64,000 bases of DNA from Octopus vulgaris (taxonomy: Eukaryota): assembly GCA_951406725.2 (NCBI GenBank), contig OX597815.1:188728001-188792000 (forward strand). The letters are read 5' to 3'. Below, piece by piece: positions 52,189 to 64,000 of the stretch. The notes under the pieces were generated by a model, which ran no database searches, was not told where the DNA came from, and worked only from the letters and a program-made list of their open reading frames with translations. The stretch's first letter is position 1. The number at the start of each line of letters is the position of its first letter. The translations under genes and the position numbers were made by a program.

Positions 52189-52743
52189 TGACCTTTGAAC
52201 GTTGGGCCTTACAGAGGCTATGACGAAAGACCAAGAACACTGAGATATGCTGTGACTATGAAGACCCGACAAATGAAGTGAGTAAATGGCTCGCAGGATG
52301 GCCTGGTGTGCTAACCTTGGATCGTAGGGTGACCTGCTGTGCTTGAGGAGACCTATTGAGTCAAGTGCATCAACATCAAAATAAAAATCAAATGAAAATT
52401 GCTGTAGTAGTGATACCTGTGCCGGTGGCACGTAAAAAGCACTGTCCGAATGTGGCTGATGCCAGTGCTGTCTTGACTGGCGTCCATGCTGGTGACATGT
52501 AAAAAGCACCAACTGATCATGGCCGTTTGCCACCCTCCTCTGGCCCCTGTGCTGGTGGCATGTAAAAAGCACCCACTACACTCACGGAGTTGTTGGCGTT
52601 AGGAAGGGCATCCAGCTGTAGAAACACTGGTGGATTAGACTGGAGCCTGGTGCAGCCTCCTGGCTTTCCAGACTCCGGTCGAACCGTCCAACCCATGCCA
52701 GCATGGAAAACGGACGTTAAAAGATGATGATGCTGATGATGAT
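52189..52743 (+). mobile_element. RTE-clade LINE 3' fragment
   Basis: gacctttgaacgttgggccttacagagg (DL*TLGLTE) through the (GAT)n tail. Confidence 0.85.
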
Positions 52744-52799
52744 ATATATATATATATGTATATATATATGTATATATATGTATATATATGTATATATAT

Positions 52800-53020
52800 T
52801 TATGTGTGTACATCTTTGTGTCTGTGTTTGTCCCTGCCTAATTACTTGACAACCGATGTGGGTGTGTTTACATGCCCATAACTTGGCGGTTCGGCAAAAG
52901 TGAATGACGGAACAAGTTTTAGGCTTACAAAGAATAAGTCCTGGGAATTGATCTGTTTGACTAAAGGCAGTGGTCCTGCACAGCTGCAGTCAGATGAGTG
53001 AAACAGGTAAAAGAATAAAA
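52800..53020 (+). mobile_element. SINE family A 3' half, diverged
   Basis: Family match. Confidence 0.8.
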
Positions 53021-53110
<90 letters not shown>

Positions 53111-53141
53111 GTTTGTATGTATGAATGTGTATATATATATA

Positions 53142-53463
53142 TCACCGTGATCACAGTGATCACCATGACTGACCAGGCTATGAGATGTTGCTACACATCG
53201 CTGGTCACAATGCGCTTTGCATGGTTTTAGCCTTCAAATGACACCACCCTGCAGGCTAAGCGAGCAGGCCAACAGAAGAAAGAATGAGAGAAAGTTGTGG
53301 CGAAAGAGTACAGCAGGAATTGCCACCACCACCCTGCCGGAGCCCCGTGGAGCTTTAGGTGTTTTCACTCAATAAACACTCACAATGCCCGGTCTGGGAA
53401 TCGAAACCTTGATCCTACAACCGTGAGTTTGCTACCCTAACCACTGGGCCATTGTGCCTCCAC
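53142..53463 (-). mobile_element. SINE family C variant
   Basis: tRNA-like head with an alternative tail. Confidence 0.85.
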
Positions 53464-54149
53464 ACTCATATATATATATATATACGTATATACACATGCA
53501 CATATATACACACACATATATATATATGTTTGTATGTATGAGCATATATGTCACATCACTTATCTACATGAATGCATCGGCATAATTTGAATAGCACACC
53601 CACACATACACAAACGTATTTGCACATATGTATACAGGAAAATATTGAATTGTATTGGAAAAAAGGGTACATGCAAGCAGAGAAAGAAAGAGAGTAGTTA
53701 AGAGAAAGAGAGGGAATGAGAGAGAGTGGGGTGTTGGGAAAGAAGAACATTAATTATTCGAGTGAATCACATGGATGTGCCTTGGAAACAGATATGTATT
53801 TTATTGAACATTAATATATTTCTAGTAGAAAAAGTAAGTAAATTAAATTGAAATATGGTAATAACAATAAGGAAGAATCAGAAATTTAGGGAAAAGATAA
53901 ACAAACTAGAAATCTTTACAGCCAATATTTAATCATGGCTAATGTTGAATAAATATTCACTGACATTATGTGGTGCAATGATGAAATGACTTGTCTTAAT
54001 AACATCATTGCAATGAACAGAGATGTACAGAAAGAACGGAATCTATCTAATGTTAATCTATATTTTTCATGAAAGATCTGCTGAATAGGATATCTGAAGT
54101 AGAATGTTATGAATATTAAATTAATTGAAATATTTTTCTAAGAGTTGTG

Positions 54150-54202
<53 letters not shown>

Positions 54203-54578
54203 AGAAAAACAGAAAATGATCAGATTTACTGTAATTTGCAGGAAATATGTTAAATGTTGGATATTACAGGCTTTGGTAAAATGGAACCAATTATAAGATT
54301 ATTTCAGTATGCAGTAAATAGAAAGAATATCAAACAGTTTTAGGTGCTGTCCTTCTATACACCCCCTTCCCCCCACACACAGACACTCTGTTCCTCTTTT
54401 ACTTCTCACGATTACTTAGCTTTTTATGAGCCAATTTGGGAACCTCAGTGTGGTTGCTGAATCCGCTAGAAATAGCAACTGAATCTTTCTCATATCACAT
54501 CTAATGTCTCAGAGAAAGAAAAAAACAAACAAAAAGTGAAAAGCTCATTGAATAATGTGGTTCTAGATATACAATGCT

Positions 54579-54579
<1 letters not shown>

Positions 54580-54642
<63 letters not shown>

Positions 54643-54681
54643 TGATAATAATAATAATAAATAATAATAATAATAATAATT

Positions 54682-54723
<42 letters not shown>

Positions 54724-54985
54724 TGTATGTATGTTTACATCTTTGTGTGTCTGTGTTTGTTCTCCCAACATCGCTTGACAACCGATGCTGGTGTGCTTAC
54801 GTCCCCATAACAAAGCGGTTCGGCAAAAGAGACAGATAGAATAAGACTAGGCTTCCAAACAATAAGTCCTGGGTTCGATTTCTTCGACTAAATGTGGTGC
54901 TCCAGCATGGCTGCAATCAAATGACTGAAACAAGTAAAAGAGTAAAAGAGTAAAGAGTAAAGAGAGTATGATAATGATGAGGATG

Positions 54986-55044
<59 letters not shown>

Positions 55045-55139
55045 CCTTATCAGACGGGTAGTCATGATGGGTATACTGGGCTTCGTATATTTTACCCCAG
55101 TGTCACTTTGATGGCATGAACCGCTCTTTCACTCAATAA

Positions 55140-55199
<60 letters not shown>

Positions 55200-55243
55200 T
55201 AATAATGATAATAATAATAATGATAATAATAATGATGATGATG

Positions 55244-55277
<34 letters not shown>

Positions 55278-55363
55278 TAATAATAATAATAATAATAATG
55301 ATGATGATGATAATAATAATAATAACAACAATAATAATAATAATAATGATGATGATGATGAAG

Positions 55364-55440
<77 letters not shown>

Positions 55441-55453
55441 AATAATAATAATC

Positions 55454-55488
<35 letters not shown>

Positions 55489-55561
55489 AATAATAATAAT
55501 AATAATGATGATGATGATAATAATGATAATAATAATAATAATAATGATAATAATAATGATG

Positions 55562-55632
<71 letters not shown>
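54580..55632. repeat. (AAT)n/(GAT)n microsatellite complex with an embedded SINE A 3' half (~54722-54968) and a 93-bp insert
   Basis: Directly visible. Confidence 0.93.
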
Positions 55633-55633
<1 letters not shown>

Positions 55634-55839
55634 GAGATGGATCAGCCATGAGTGGAATGCCTTTGATCATAGGTCTACTTGATCAGAGCAGACTTGAAGC
55701 TGATCTATAACAACAAATTAGCTTTTATACTGTTTCCAATAATTTTTTCTACTCTTTGACCGCTGACATGCCCTGAATTCCTCTTGCTCTCCTTCTACAC
55801 AAACCAACATACATATATACACATATACACACACATATG

Positions 55840-56506
55840 CATGTATGTATGTATGTATGTATGTATGAATGTATGTTTGTATGTATATAAATATATATGT
55901 CTGTCTGTCTGTCTGTCTGTATGTATGTATGTATGTATGTATATATGTAAGTATGTATGTATATATGTATGTATGTATGTATGTCTGTCTGTATGTATGT
56001 ATGTATGTATGTATGTCTGTATGTATGTATGTATGTATGTATGTATATATGTATGTATGTATATATGTATGTATGTATGTATATATGTCTGTCTGTATGT
56101 CTGTATGTATGTCTGTATGTATGTCTGTATGTCTGTATGTATGTATGTATGTCTGTCTGTCTGTCTGTCTGTATGTATGTATGTATGTATGTATGTATGT
56201 ATGTATGTATGTATATATGTATGTATGTATGTCTGTCTGTCTGTATGTATGTATGTATGTATGTATGTATGTATGTATGTATGTATGTATATATGCATGC
56301 ATGTATGTATGTATGTATGTATATGTATGTATATATGTATATATGTATGTCTGTATGATATATATATGTATGTATATATGTATGTATGTATATATGTATG
56401 TACGTATGTATGTATGTATGTATTTATGTATGTATGTATATATGTATGTGTGTATGTATGTATGTATGTACGTATGTATTTATGTTTGTATGTATGTATA
56501 TATATA

Positions 56507-56552
<46 letters not shown>
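55840..56552. repeat. (TATG)n/(TCTG)n/(TG)n microsatellite
   Basis: Directly visible. Confidence 0.95.
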
Positions 56553-56556
<4 letters not shown>

Positions 56557-57077
56557 ATGTACTGGCTATTTCTCTTTGAATTCTCTAACCATTACTCTCC
56601 CCGTCTCCTTGTTTGGTTACCATTCACCCACCAACTCCCATACACCATCAGCACAATGTCTCTTTATATAAATTCTACCATTTATATAATTCATCGGTAA
56701 CAATTCCTCTCATGTCTTCCTGTGGGAATGGTATCCTCTCCATCACCTAAACATTAGTTACTCCCATTCTTTGTGGAGCGTCAACATAACCATCTTACAA
56801 CTTTATATTTTTTTTTTTTTTTTAATATCTTAAGTGATTCACGTCAATACTAACCACCACTTCAGCCAGGGGCACTTTCCACCTTTCCTCTTGAATTCTG
56901 TCTCCTTCCTTTGACTTCCTTACACCTCTCCCCTCCCTCTCATTTTTAACCCTTTCACTTTGTCCCCGACACTCTCTTTCTTCATTACTCTCCGCTCCTT
57001 TACTTCAATCTCCTCATTTAGTAGCTTCCAGCTAAAGCAACAACACCACTTCCCTCCTCCTCCTCCTCCTCCTCCCC

Positions 57078-57114
<37 letters not shown>

Positions 57115-57789
57115 ACTTTCACTTTCAGCTATCTAATTGCTGCCAATAAAGATCATCACCAAGTTCTTCAGATTCTGGATTTTTACCTTAACGACTATCA
57201 ACATACCCATACAAAAGGTGTGACATCAATTTTATAAAATTTACAAAAAAAAAAAAAAAAAAAAGAAATTTTCAAAATGCAGCTGATCATGTTAGAAATA
57301 GCCCAGAATGCAAATTCAGATAGAAAGATAACACCTCCCCCCACCACACACACACCCCAACACCCCCACACACATTCACACACTTACGCAAAGGATTGCC
57401 TGTAGGTCAGCTCTAATTTATTTTACTGATAATTCAATAATATTCGTTAAAATTGTCACCTTTAAAAAATAGAATTTTCAAATATCATGTAACCTAATCT
57501 AAAAACATTAGTAACATAGCCCAGTTCTTGTAGCCCAATTTGGCAACTTTGCCCCCATTGTAATGATTGTTTTTTTAACCCTTTAATATTCAGATTTCTC
57601 CACTAAATGTTTTTGGATTTGGTTTGCAAGATTCTTTATGGGAATTCGTGTGTTGAAGCATATTTTGTTGTGTTTGGGGAGAGTCATGTACTGGTTCAAT
57701 TTCCACTCATTTAATTTCTATTTTTCTTTTACTTGTTTTAGTCATTTGACAGCAGCCATGCTGGAGCACTGCCTTTAGTCAAGAAAATC

Positions 57790-57842
57790 GAGAGAGAGAG
57801 AGAGAGAGAGAGACAAATAGACAGAGACAGAGACATGGAAAC

Positions 57843-57876
<34 letters not shown>

Positions 57877-57934
57877 CCAGAGACAGATAGAGAGACAGAC
57901 AGACAGACAAACAGACAAACACAGAGATAGATAG

Positions 57935-58019
<85 letters not shown>

Positions 58020-58218
58020 AAAACATGGAGAGACAGACAGAAAGACGGGCAGAGACAGAGAGAGTGAAAGGGAGAGAGAGAGAGAAAAAGAGAGAGAAAG
58101 AGAGACAGAGACAGACAGACAGAAAGACAGGCAGATAGAGAGAGAAAAGGTGAGAGAGAAGGAGACGGAGAGAGAGGAGAGATAGAGGGAGGAGAGAGAG
58201 AGAGAGAGAGAGAGAGAA
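57790..58218. repeat. (AG)n/(AGAC)n microsatellite
   Basis: Directly visible. Confidence 0.95.
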
Positions 58219-58290
58219 GGCTGCACCAGCACTTGCCTGGTTCTCATTTACAGCAGATTAGTCTGGACTAAAGCAAAATGCCTGGCTTAA

Positions 58291-58502
58291 CTCATTAGCA
58301 TTTAGATTGCTCAGTCAAATGTATTACTTCTTAATTCATATTGTTTTTAATTAATCATGCATTATCTTGCAGCTTCAAGATTTCGATGATGTTTACTTTT
58401 CGAATGACATTATGGGGTAGGTGTGAGAGACCAGATCTGGCCAGTTTGAACAGAAAATAGAGAACATTTCAACTGGATATAGCCAGTTTAAATGCTAAGG
58501 GG
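58291..58502. mobile_element. piggyBac-like MITE
   Basis: TTAA on both sides; TIRs ctcattagcattta / taaatgctaagggg; related fragment starts at 60447. Confidence 0.7.
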
Positions 58503-58610
58503 TTAAAGGCACAATGGACAGACCGGTCAGGGAATTAAACCTACTGCCTTATGACTGTGACCTGAACACCCATTGTGAAGGCTATATGCCTCCACAATGT
58601 AATCACAAAA

Positions 58611-58820
58611 GGTGGCGCGCTGGCAGAATCATTAGCACACCGGGCAAAATGCTTAGTGATATTTCGTCTGCTGTTACATTCTGAGTTCAAATTCCATTGA
58701 GGTCGACTTTGCCTTTCATCCTTTTGGGGTTGATTAAATAAGTACCAGTTATGCACTAGGGTCCATGTAATCGACTTAACCCCTTTGTCTGTCCTTGTTT
58801 GTCCCCCTCTATGTCCCCTT
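58611..58820 (+). mobile_element. SINE family B
   Basis: Family match. Confidence 0.85.
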
Positions 58821-58853
58821 GATCTCTCCCTCCTCTTGTTCTCCCCCGATTCC

Positions 58854-58953
58854 NNNNNNNNNNNNNNNNNNNNNNNNNNNNNNNNNNNNNNNNNNNNNNN
58901 NNNNNNNNNNNNNNNNNNNNNNNNNNNNNNNNNNNNNNNNNNNNNNNNNNNNN
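58854..58953. other. Assembly gap (100 N)
   Basis: Run of N. Confidence 1.
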
Positions 58954-60019
58954 ATGTACATGTAGGACTTCTGCATTGTTTCTGTCTACCAATTTACTGA
59001 CAAAGCCGGATATTGAAATTTTTCATTTATTTCCATCTGTAGATGTTGATTGTTCTTTCATGTTATTATTAAACTTGAATGCTAATACTTCCAAACCTAA
59101 TTTCAAAGTGATAGTTCATTAAGTAACTAATTATCGTTATAGTGATTCAAAGTGGACAAAGACAGTTCCGTACTTAAATGCTTAACAATGATGAAATATC
59201 GGATAAATTAGCTTTGAAATTGTGAAAAACAATCTAAAGCACTCACACACACACACACACACACACGTAAAGACACACTCACACACACATAAAGACAAAC
59301 ACACACACACATAAAGACAAACACACACACACGTAAAGACAAACACACACACATAAAGACAAACATACACATACATCAAAACACATATATACATAATATA
59401 TATATAATTTAATATGAATTGTTAGGATTTAAAATATGAGGAAATTTTTGATTAATTTGATTAATTGAATAATTTGGCATTTTGCATATGTTATTAAATT
59501 GATTGCTTCTAGATGATAAATTTAATACAGTAACATCTGTCAAACCGATTCCTTTAGGAAAAGAAAATGTATTGTTGAGTTCTGAAGTTATAGTTTAGCA
59601 ACAGAAAGGAAATAAAAGTGATTTATTAAAACAAAAACTACTTTGATAGTTTTTCTTGAAGATGGAACAAAGAAGAAAAGACAATTCCAAGGGAAAAATT
59701 GAACCAAATATTAACAACAAAGATATAGTAAAACTTAAACTTGGTATAAGATGCAACATTCAAATGTGTAATTAATGGCATTTGAAATTTCTTAATTAGT
59801 TTCATATAGTTGATCAAAATAATTTTTTGAGTGAAAGACTCGTTAAGAAGCCTGTTTGTGACTACATGGTTTCAGATTTTGTACTATTGTGTAATGCACT
59901 AGACAAAGAAACTCTACAGGAGTATTCTGCATACTGAATCCACATATTACAGGGTCTCACATATGGAAGGTATTTCAACCATGTTTTGAGGTCTGCTACC
60001 ACAACAGCTCCTTTATAGG

Positions 60020-60378
60020 ATCCAGTTAACTCAAGACATCATCAGGAAGAACCACGTTCGGTTTCGGCCCTTAATCCTCTACCGTTTTGACGTGGTGCTC
60101 CCCCCACTTTTGGAGGTGTCTTCAGCTCTGGTGTTGGGTGCGTGTCTTCTTTCTTCTTCTTTCTTCTGTTCCCTGGCCTCTTCGATGTAGCGCCAATGAG
60201 TGTCAGCAGGCGACTGACTGCCTTGTCAAATTTTTTCCCTTTAAATACCTGCTGCTAGGCTCCCGCAGGCAGCCCCAGCAAGTTGTCACGTGACACTGTC
60301 TCAACTTTAATGGTGGTAATACTGGACATTCCATCCCTGTTCTCTGCACTCTTCGATTAGTTTTTCGTACCTCAGTGG
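60020..60378 (-). mobile_element. 3' remnant of an RLE-type non-LTR retrotransposon (HERO/NeSL-like)
   Basis: Minus strand 60375-60300 reads LRYEKLIEECREQGWNVQYYH then, after a frameshift, IKVE; resembles the Y..L...C...GW.....EVG end of RLE domains. Confidence 0.6.
60033..60084 (-). ncRNA. Candidate non-circularly permuted hammerhead (family P3)
   Basis: Minus strand cgg TA gagga tta agggc c GAAA ccg aacgtggt tcttc CTGATGA t gtctt. Confidence 0.75.
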
Positions 60379-60533
60379 ATTAAAAATAACTTTCAGCAAC
60401 TGAGATTATCCAAGCAGCTGGAAGGCAAATCTCCCTCTAATGGTATTTAACTTCTCGGCATTTAAACCGGTCATATCTGGCCCAAATATTCGGCCTATTT
60501 TATGCTGGGACTGGCCACATCTACCCTATAATG

Positions 60534-60763
60534 CAAGGGTCAGGGAACTTTTTTAATCAATTACCCCAAAATATATTTATTTACACCGAAGTTATGCAGG
60601 AGTGGTTGTGTGGTAAGTAGCTTGCTTACCAACCACATGGTTCTGGGTTCAGTCCCACTGGATGGCACCTTGGGCAAGTGTCTTCTACTATAGCCTCGGG
60701 CCGACCAAAGCCTTGTGAGTGGATTTAGTAGACAGAAACTGAAAGAAGCCCGTCGTATATATG

Positions 60764-60794
<31 letters not shown>

Positions 60795-61265
60795 ATATAT
60801 TTGTGTGTCTGTCTTTGTCCCCCCAACATCACTTGACAACCGATGCTGGTGTGTTTACATCCCCGTAACTTAGCGGTTTAGCAAAAGGGACTGATAGAAT
60901 AAGTACTAGGTTTATAAAGAATAAGTCCTGGAGTTGATTTGCTCGACTAAAGGTGGTGCTCCAGCATGGCCACAGTCAAATGACTGAAACAAGTAAAAGA
61001 GAAAAAGAGAAAGAGAAAAACTGATTTGAAAGGAAGAAAATCATAGATTCTTTGAATTCAAAAGGTTTACAGAATCTATTTACCTGAATCTATTTGTGCA
61101 TTCATTACATTGAACAGAAGCAGTGTCGCCAGAAAAAAAATTTCTGTCACAACAAAGAACACGTTTTTTTATGTTATTTTACTTATGTCTAATGAGTCCT
61201 CATTAACCCCAAGAATTTAATTTTTACCCCACTTGGAGTAATTTACTCTGGTTTACCTACCTTTG
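60534..61265. mobile_element. hAT-like MITE interrupted by SINE A
   Basis: Perfect 8-bp TSD ctataatg (60526-60533, 61266-61273); imperfect TIRs caagggtcagggaac / gtttacctacctttg. Confidence 0.7.
60596..61020 (+). mobile_element. SINE family A
   Basis: Family match. Confidence 0.9.
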
Positions 61266-61286
61266 CTATAATGTCATTCTAAAACT

Positions 61287-61632
61287 AAACAAGAGTACTC
61301 AGAGAGCACAAACCTCCACCAAGGCAACACCAACGTCCTCTCAATGATTAGCTGGAGATGATTTTTTTAAATGAGAATATCTGAAATGAACTCGACTGCT
61401 CTCACAAATGAGAATACTAAAAATGAACCCGACTGCTCTCAAAAATTAAGTAAAAAAACAGGGAAAATAATTCAGAATCCTTGTCCGGTACCTGATCGAT
61501 CCCAAATCTAATCAGTTCATTCCAGTCACAAGGCCAAACATCCCTGAAAGTTTCATTCGAATCCATCCAACAGTTCTTGAGATATCTTGTCCATGGACAA
61601 ACTAACTAACAAACAAACAAGCATGACTGAAA
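61287..61632 (+). mobile_element. Helentron/HINE-like non-autonomous element, 3'-truncated
   Basis: aaacaagag start, acctccaccaagg motif, gaaagtttcattcgaatccatcc core and (AAAC)n near the end; family assignment from resemblance only. Confidence 0.45.
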
Positions 61633-61633
61633 A

Positions 61634-62028
61634 GGGGCTAAACACAGAGAGGACAAACAAGGACAGACAAACGGATTAAGTCGATTATATCATCCACAGT
61701 GCATAACTGGTACTTATTTAATCGACCCCGAAAGGCTGAAAGGTAAAGTCAACCTTGGTGGAATTTGAACTCAGAATGTAGTGGTAGAAGAAATACCTAT
61801 TTCTTTACTACCCACAAGGGGCTAAACACAGAGAGGACAAACAAGGACAGAAAAACGGATTAAGCTGATTACAGTGACCCCAGTGCGTAATTAGTACTTA
61901 ATTTATCGACCCCGAAAGGATGAAAGGCAAAGTTGACCTCGGCGGAATTTGAACTCAGAACGTAACGGCAGACGAAATACGGCTTTGCATTTCGCCCGGC
62001 TTGCTAACGATTCTGCCAGCTCGCCACC
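61634..62028 (-). mobile_element. Two tandem SINE family B copies (one partial)
   Basis: ggggctaaacacagagaggac.. at 61634 and 61818. Confidence 0.88.
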
Positions 62029-62124
62029 CAAAATAAAGAGACTATAGTGAGGATGATTACAGGTATTTGCCATTGCCTTTACCATTAAGTTAAAAGAACA
62101 AAATAACTTTTCATAGTTTTAGTT

Positions 62125-62408
62125 GACGATGATGTTACTTCCGGTCATTCAAAGAGCATAAGGCAATGAGAGTTCTCCAAGTGGAACCATTCTGTGCCAA
62201 ACTGCATCCTTCTTGCCAGGTGATACCAACCTTGGTCAAGTCTTCCTGCACCGTCCTTTCTCATGTCTTCACTGTCCTGTCTTTTCTTCTCCTTCCTTCT
62301 TCAGGTGTCCACTCAATAGCTGTCCTTGTCAGTCTCTCTCACAGTAAGTGCAATACATGGCCGCCAAGCAGCTTCCTTCGTCTTGCTGTGATGATGTCTT
62401 CCTTGGGT
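62125..62408 (-). mobile_element. Decayed RTE-like LINE C-terminal fragment (second family)
   Basis: Minus strand ARRRKLLGGHVLHL..AIEWTPEEGRRRKDRTVKT*ERTVQEDL..GITW..AQNGSTWR. Confidence 0.8.
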
Positions 62409-63173
62409 TAATGTAAAATATTTTTGTGACGCATATCAACCTGATCCTACCAACGGTAAAGGCAATGGAGGTTTTTGAGCTTAATTTTAATTCTCAATAA
62501 ATATCAGAGCTTATAAAATATATAGATGTTGTATGCATAGCAAAGTGTAATATAAAACGTTATCATCAAAGAACGCATTATTAAAGAAAGACAGTGATAT
62601 TTTAGAAATAATACATCATGTGAAAAATAAAAATGAGATTTTTTTAAAAGATATATTCTTAGGCACCTACTGGATTAATTTAATAAATAAACACTGAACA
62701 GAAACAAAAAAATATATACATGGAGCAAATAAAAGTATTTTATGTTCATGTAATACAAATATTTGCATTATCTTTTAGAGATTCTGTGATGTAGAAAATG
62801 CTTCAATGTATTGTATAGGAATGTTTCCATAAATACCTTATTCTTTTATTTTTGCTGCAGTGGATTAACATTCTAAAACGCACACAGTTCTTTTCTATTG
62901 TTAGAGTGGTAGAAGGAAATCAATAGATAAAAACTGTTGCTAAGTGTCAAACAAAAGATGAAAGTTCTTCAATAAACAAGTTATCTTGGTAGCTGGCTGA
63001 TTTGGTAATTTACCTGCATTGGCACTGGAACTACAGATATTCAACTGCTGAAATAACACTGAGAATGCTGTAAGAATGATACAAGTTCTCTGGAAATAAG
63101 TAAAATGTCAGATTATTTCCTATTTTCATAGAAATTTCAATACAGAAGAAAATAATTCAATGACATTTGTTAC

Positions 63174-63330
63174 CTAAGACAGTTTATTCTTTTTCTATTA
63201 ACCTTTCTTTCATGGTCATATATATGGCCATGAAATATATATTTAGATATAGATATGTATAGATGTTGGTTTTCTCCAAGTAGTTGAAATAAAATATGTA
63301 TTATCTCATCTTCATGCTTATACAAAGAAA
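63174..63330 (-). CDS. Candidate exon of an unidentified gene
   Basis: tttattgtag acceptor, open frame SLYKHEDEIIHILFQLLGENQHLYISISKYIFHGHIYDHERK.., TAG|gtaac donor; no homology recognised. Confidence 0.25.
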
Positions 63331-63684
63331 CTACAATAAAGCCTTTCCCAAGCAAATTGAGCAACCACGAGAGGTCTTGCTTTCTTGGTCAAAGTAAAAT
63401 TGTTTTCAGGTACAGATCAGCACTGATCAAACAGACATACAATAAAAGGTATTGCAGATAGGACCATCCTGTCTTTTTATACATCAGAAACTACATTATC
63501 CAGTGGTAACTTCTGATTAATTGATTTCAATAATTTTTCTGTGCATAATTTTTTTTCTCCATCCTAGATCATGATGTCTGGTCTTCTATGCATGCATTTC
63601 ATTGTAGTCTTGGTATGAACTTTTCACTAGTGTCCTCATGTGTTATGAGTGATTATGCTCTCCATGTCACTGTTTTTTCTTTGT

Positions 63685-63965
63685 TCCTTCTCATAAGGGC
63701 TGGTTTCCCGGTTTCCTTGGCATATAGATTCCCCACCTGGACGGGACGCTGGTCCATCACAGGTGAGCTGCAAGATGCAGGAGGAAAGAGTGAGAGAAAG
63801 TTGTGGTGAAAGAGTCAGCAGAAAGTTCACCATTACCTTCTGCTGGAACCGCGTGGAGCTTAGGTGTTTCGATCATAAACACACACATCGCCCGGTCTGA
63901 AATTCAAACCCATGATCCCTCGACTGCGAGTCCACTGCTCTAACCACTAGACTATGTGTCTCCAC
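63685..63965 (-). mobile_element. SINE family C
   Basis: Family match; ccatgtca.tgt is duplicated on both flanks. Confidence 0.88.
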
Positions 63966-64000
63966 CCATGTCATTGTAGTTTCTTATATTTATATTCTCA

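Noticed and set aside
58756-59000. ORFs spanning the N run
   Set aside because: Artefacts of the assembly gap

Overview
Repeat-saturated, AT-rich eukaryotic DNA, most likely intronic or intergenic octopus (cephalopod) sequence, judged from the tRNA-derived SINE families, RTE LINE tails ending in (GAT)n and dense (TA)n/(CATA)n/(AAT)n microsatellites. I found no intact protein-coding gene. Nearly all listed ORFs are microsatellite or SINE artefacts, and only two low-confidence candidate exons remain. Recognisable coding remnants are CR1-like, RTE and restriction-like-endonuclease (RLE) LINE 3' ends, a decayed DD37D (maT) transposase and a Tc1/mariner deletion derivative. There are also non-autonomous Helitrons and hAT- and piggyBac-like MITEs. 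The main signal is a dense set of hammerhead-ribozyme (HHR) motifs on short ORF-less retroelement ends, mostly inserted in (TA)n tracts. They come in three architectures: (i) minimal Penelope-style type I HHRs, (ii) type I HHRs with a 75-91 nt stem II domain, arranged as back-to-back inverted pairs, and (iii) non-circularly permuted (pseudoknotted) HHRs in three sequence-unrelated families (18496-18556; 34496-34561 with copies at 45886-45950 and 17352-17400; 60033-60084). A ~1.9 kb near-perfect palindrome (12637-14555) is centred on two such HHRs. All structures were read by eye and no activity is demonstrated. Repeat boundaries are approximate. There is a 100-N gap at 58854-58953.
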